Assembly: GCA_044236265.1 (NCBI GenBank)
Contig: JBIIGV010000061.1
Location: 1-17,887 of the forward strand
DNA length: 17,887 bases
Source of the DNA: Oligoflexales bacterium
Lineage (GTDB): Bacteria > Bdellovibrionota_B > Oligoflexia > Oligoflexales > RGVZ01
Direction of reading: 5' to 3'
A program made the position numbers and the translations under genes. Of this stretch, positions 16,577-17,887 are shown one piece after another (the stretch's first letter is position 1; every line of letters begins with the position of its first letter). The notes under the pieces were generated by a model, which saw only the letters and a program-made list of their open reading frames with translations, ran no database searches and was not told the DNA's origin.

Positions 16577-16603
16577 TTATGTTTTTAACGTGGGTGCCGA
16601 AAC
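16577..16603 (+). promoter_or_regulatory. Candidate sigma28 (FliA) promoter
   Basis: TTATGTTT-N11-GCCGAAAC versus consensus TAAAGTTT-N11-GCCGATAA; ends 26 nt before ATG 16630. Confidence 0.5.
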
Positions 16604-16629
16604 CCATAAGGAGGGGTGGTAGGAGTACC

Positions 16630-17887
16630 ATGATTAGAGTTTTCACATTTATTCTTGGCGTGTTTGGCGTCCAACTGATGGTGGCCGGCTGTGGAAGTAG
16701 CTCGTCTTCTGATGAGGAGGGCGGCGGAGCTGCATTCTCCGGTAACATGCAGAACCTTGCTGGCACGATCACCAGCCAATCTGGTACCCCTGCGCAAATG
16801 AAGAGTTGGGCGGTGGCTCTTGTGGAGCGCGACTCTGCTGTTGCGCGAGTTGCTGACGCAGATGCCTCCGGAATTTTGAAATGGAATAAAGTTAGTTTGG
16901 ACTCAGTTCAAACGGCGTTTTTGTTGTCGCCGGATTATCTTGTGCAATCTGTGATGGCAATCCCATCGACAAAAATCAATACGGTTAGACAATATTTTCA
17001 AGTTTCCTCCACGGTGCTTCCTCAGCTTGTTCAGAAGGGCGCAGCGCTCACGTTCCGCACAACCTCAGGTATCACAGTCATTGATCAAAAGGCGGCAGAT
17101 ACTGACGGCGATGGAAGCCCAGATGGCGTGGGATCTTTGGGGTTGGCGCCGCGCGAACTTGGCTTAGTTGATTCAGACTCTGATGGTTCACACAACGAGT
17201 ACGATATCGACATCGATGGGGATGGTCTGATTAATACCATCGACGGTGATGCTGATGGAGACGGTATTTTAGATGTCTTTGATGCAGATGCTAATGCCAA
17301 CTTGGTAACTGATTCTCAGGAATCAGTCGGAAACGCATACTACAATCAGGGCATCGAATATTTCACGGTGAAGTATGAGCAAGGAACGTCAGCCAACACA
17401 CTGCAGTTTGTTGTGAAGGTGCGTGACGGGCTAACAGCCGCAAGCGTTAAAATCAAAGGCCCTTCAAGCTTGCTTGATGGGTCGACCAATACAGTGGGTT
17501 CTGGCGGTGCTTGGGACTTAAGCCTGGTCGATGATGGAGACAATGGAGATGGGGCAGCGCAAGATCTCCTTTATTCAAGAAAGATACAACTCGCAGCAGG
17601 TAAAACCCCTCGGGTAAATCAGGTTTTGTTTGCTCAGGTGACATTTGGAACTGGCGATTCAGCGTTCACAATTGACTATCCTTGGTTATTCCCAAATTTA
17701 GCCCTGAGTGCGATTACCACATCCTACAATGCCTCCAAGCGAGAGATTTCTCTATCAGGAGATCCATTTGGAGCGGATTTTCAGTCATTTGTTTGGAGTG
17801 TGACGATTACAAACTCAAGTGGCCTCAAGGTTTATGAGTCCTCTCCTCTGTCAGGCAGTGTCCGCGCACTCACGATCCCAGCCAATA
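16630..17887 (+). CDS. Surface lipoprotein with thrombospondin-type-3-like DxDxDG Ca-binding repeats (3' end outside window)
   Basis: Not in the ORF track because it is truncated. AGGAG SD; MIRVFTFILGVFGVQLMVAG-C lipobox; Ser/Gly linker; DTDGDGSPDG, DSDSDG, DIDIDGDGLINTIDGDADGDGILDVFDADAN; LVDDGDNGDGAAQDLLYS; open to the window end. Confidence 0.85.
   Translation, partial: MIRVFTFILGVFGVQLMVAGCGSSSSSDEEGGGAAFSGNMQNLAGTITSQSGTPAQMKSWAVALVERDSAVARVADADASGILKWNKVSLDSVQTAFLLSPDYLVQSVMAIPSTKINTVRQYFQVSSTVLPQLVQKGAALTFRTTSGITVIDQKAADTDGDGSPDGVGSLGLAPRELGLVDSDSDGSHNEYDIDIDGDGLINTIDGDADGDGILDVFDADANANLVTDSQESVGNAYYNQGIEYFTVKYEQGTSANTLQFVVKVRDGLTAASVKIKGPSSLLDGSTNTVGSGGAWDLSLVDDGDNGDGAAQDLLYSRKIQLAAGKTPRVNQVLFAQVTFGTGDSAFTIDYPWLFPNLALSAITTSYNASKREISLSGDPFGADFQSFVWSVTITNSSGLKVYESSPLSGSVRALTIPAN

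Noticed and set aside
17098..17300. GAT/GAC/GGT-rich quasi-repeats
   Set aside because: Explained by the DxDxDG protein repeats; not a DNA-level repeat element.
313..17644. Many short antisense or alternate-frame ORFs in the track (e.g. 313..501, 6822..7304, 8754..9164, 11738..12067, 17085..17300)
   Set aside because: They lie opposite or within well-supported genes and show no recognisable motifs.

Overview
Ordinary chromosomal region of a Gram-negative bacterium; gene content and style suggest Bdellovibrionota/Oligoflexia, which is an inference. I see no mobile element, CRISPR array or long repeat. In order, the window holds: a minus-strand trio (pseudo-receiver/TPR protein, degenerate ExeA-like AAA protein, AsmA/TamB-like protein cut by the edge); an EamA transporter and a lipoprotein with degenerate amidase-like motifs; two small minus-strand genes separated by a strong hairpin; deoA-hpt; two small genes behind a sigma54 promoter with a palindromic upstream site; a small kinase-like protein; an SRPBCC protein; khpA-nagZ; an FKBP PPIase; a minus-strand RNA-maturation cluster (RNHCP protein, RNase P RNA, trmB, hypothetical, ybeY, CNNM/CorC); and a Ca-binding-repeat lipoprotein cut by the right edge. 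Most notable are (i) the sigma54 operon of two tiny proteins with SspB-alpha-like motifs, (ii) an RNase P RNA with a perfect 15-bp terminal stem extension that runs into trmB, and (iii) a 16-bp hairpin burying the SD and start codon of a small gene.
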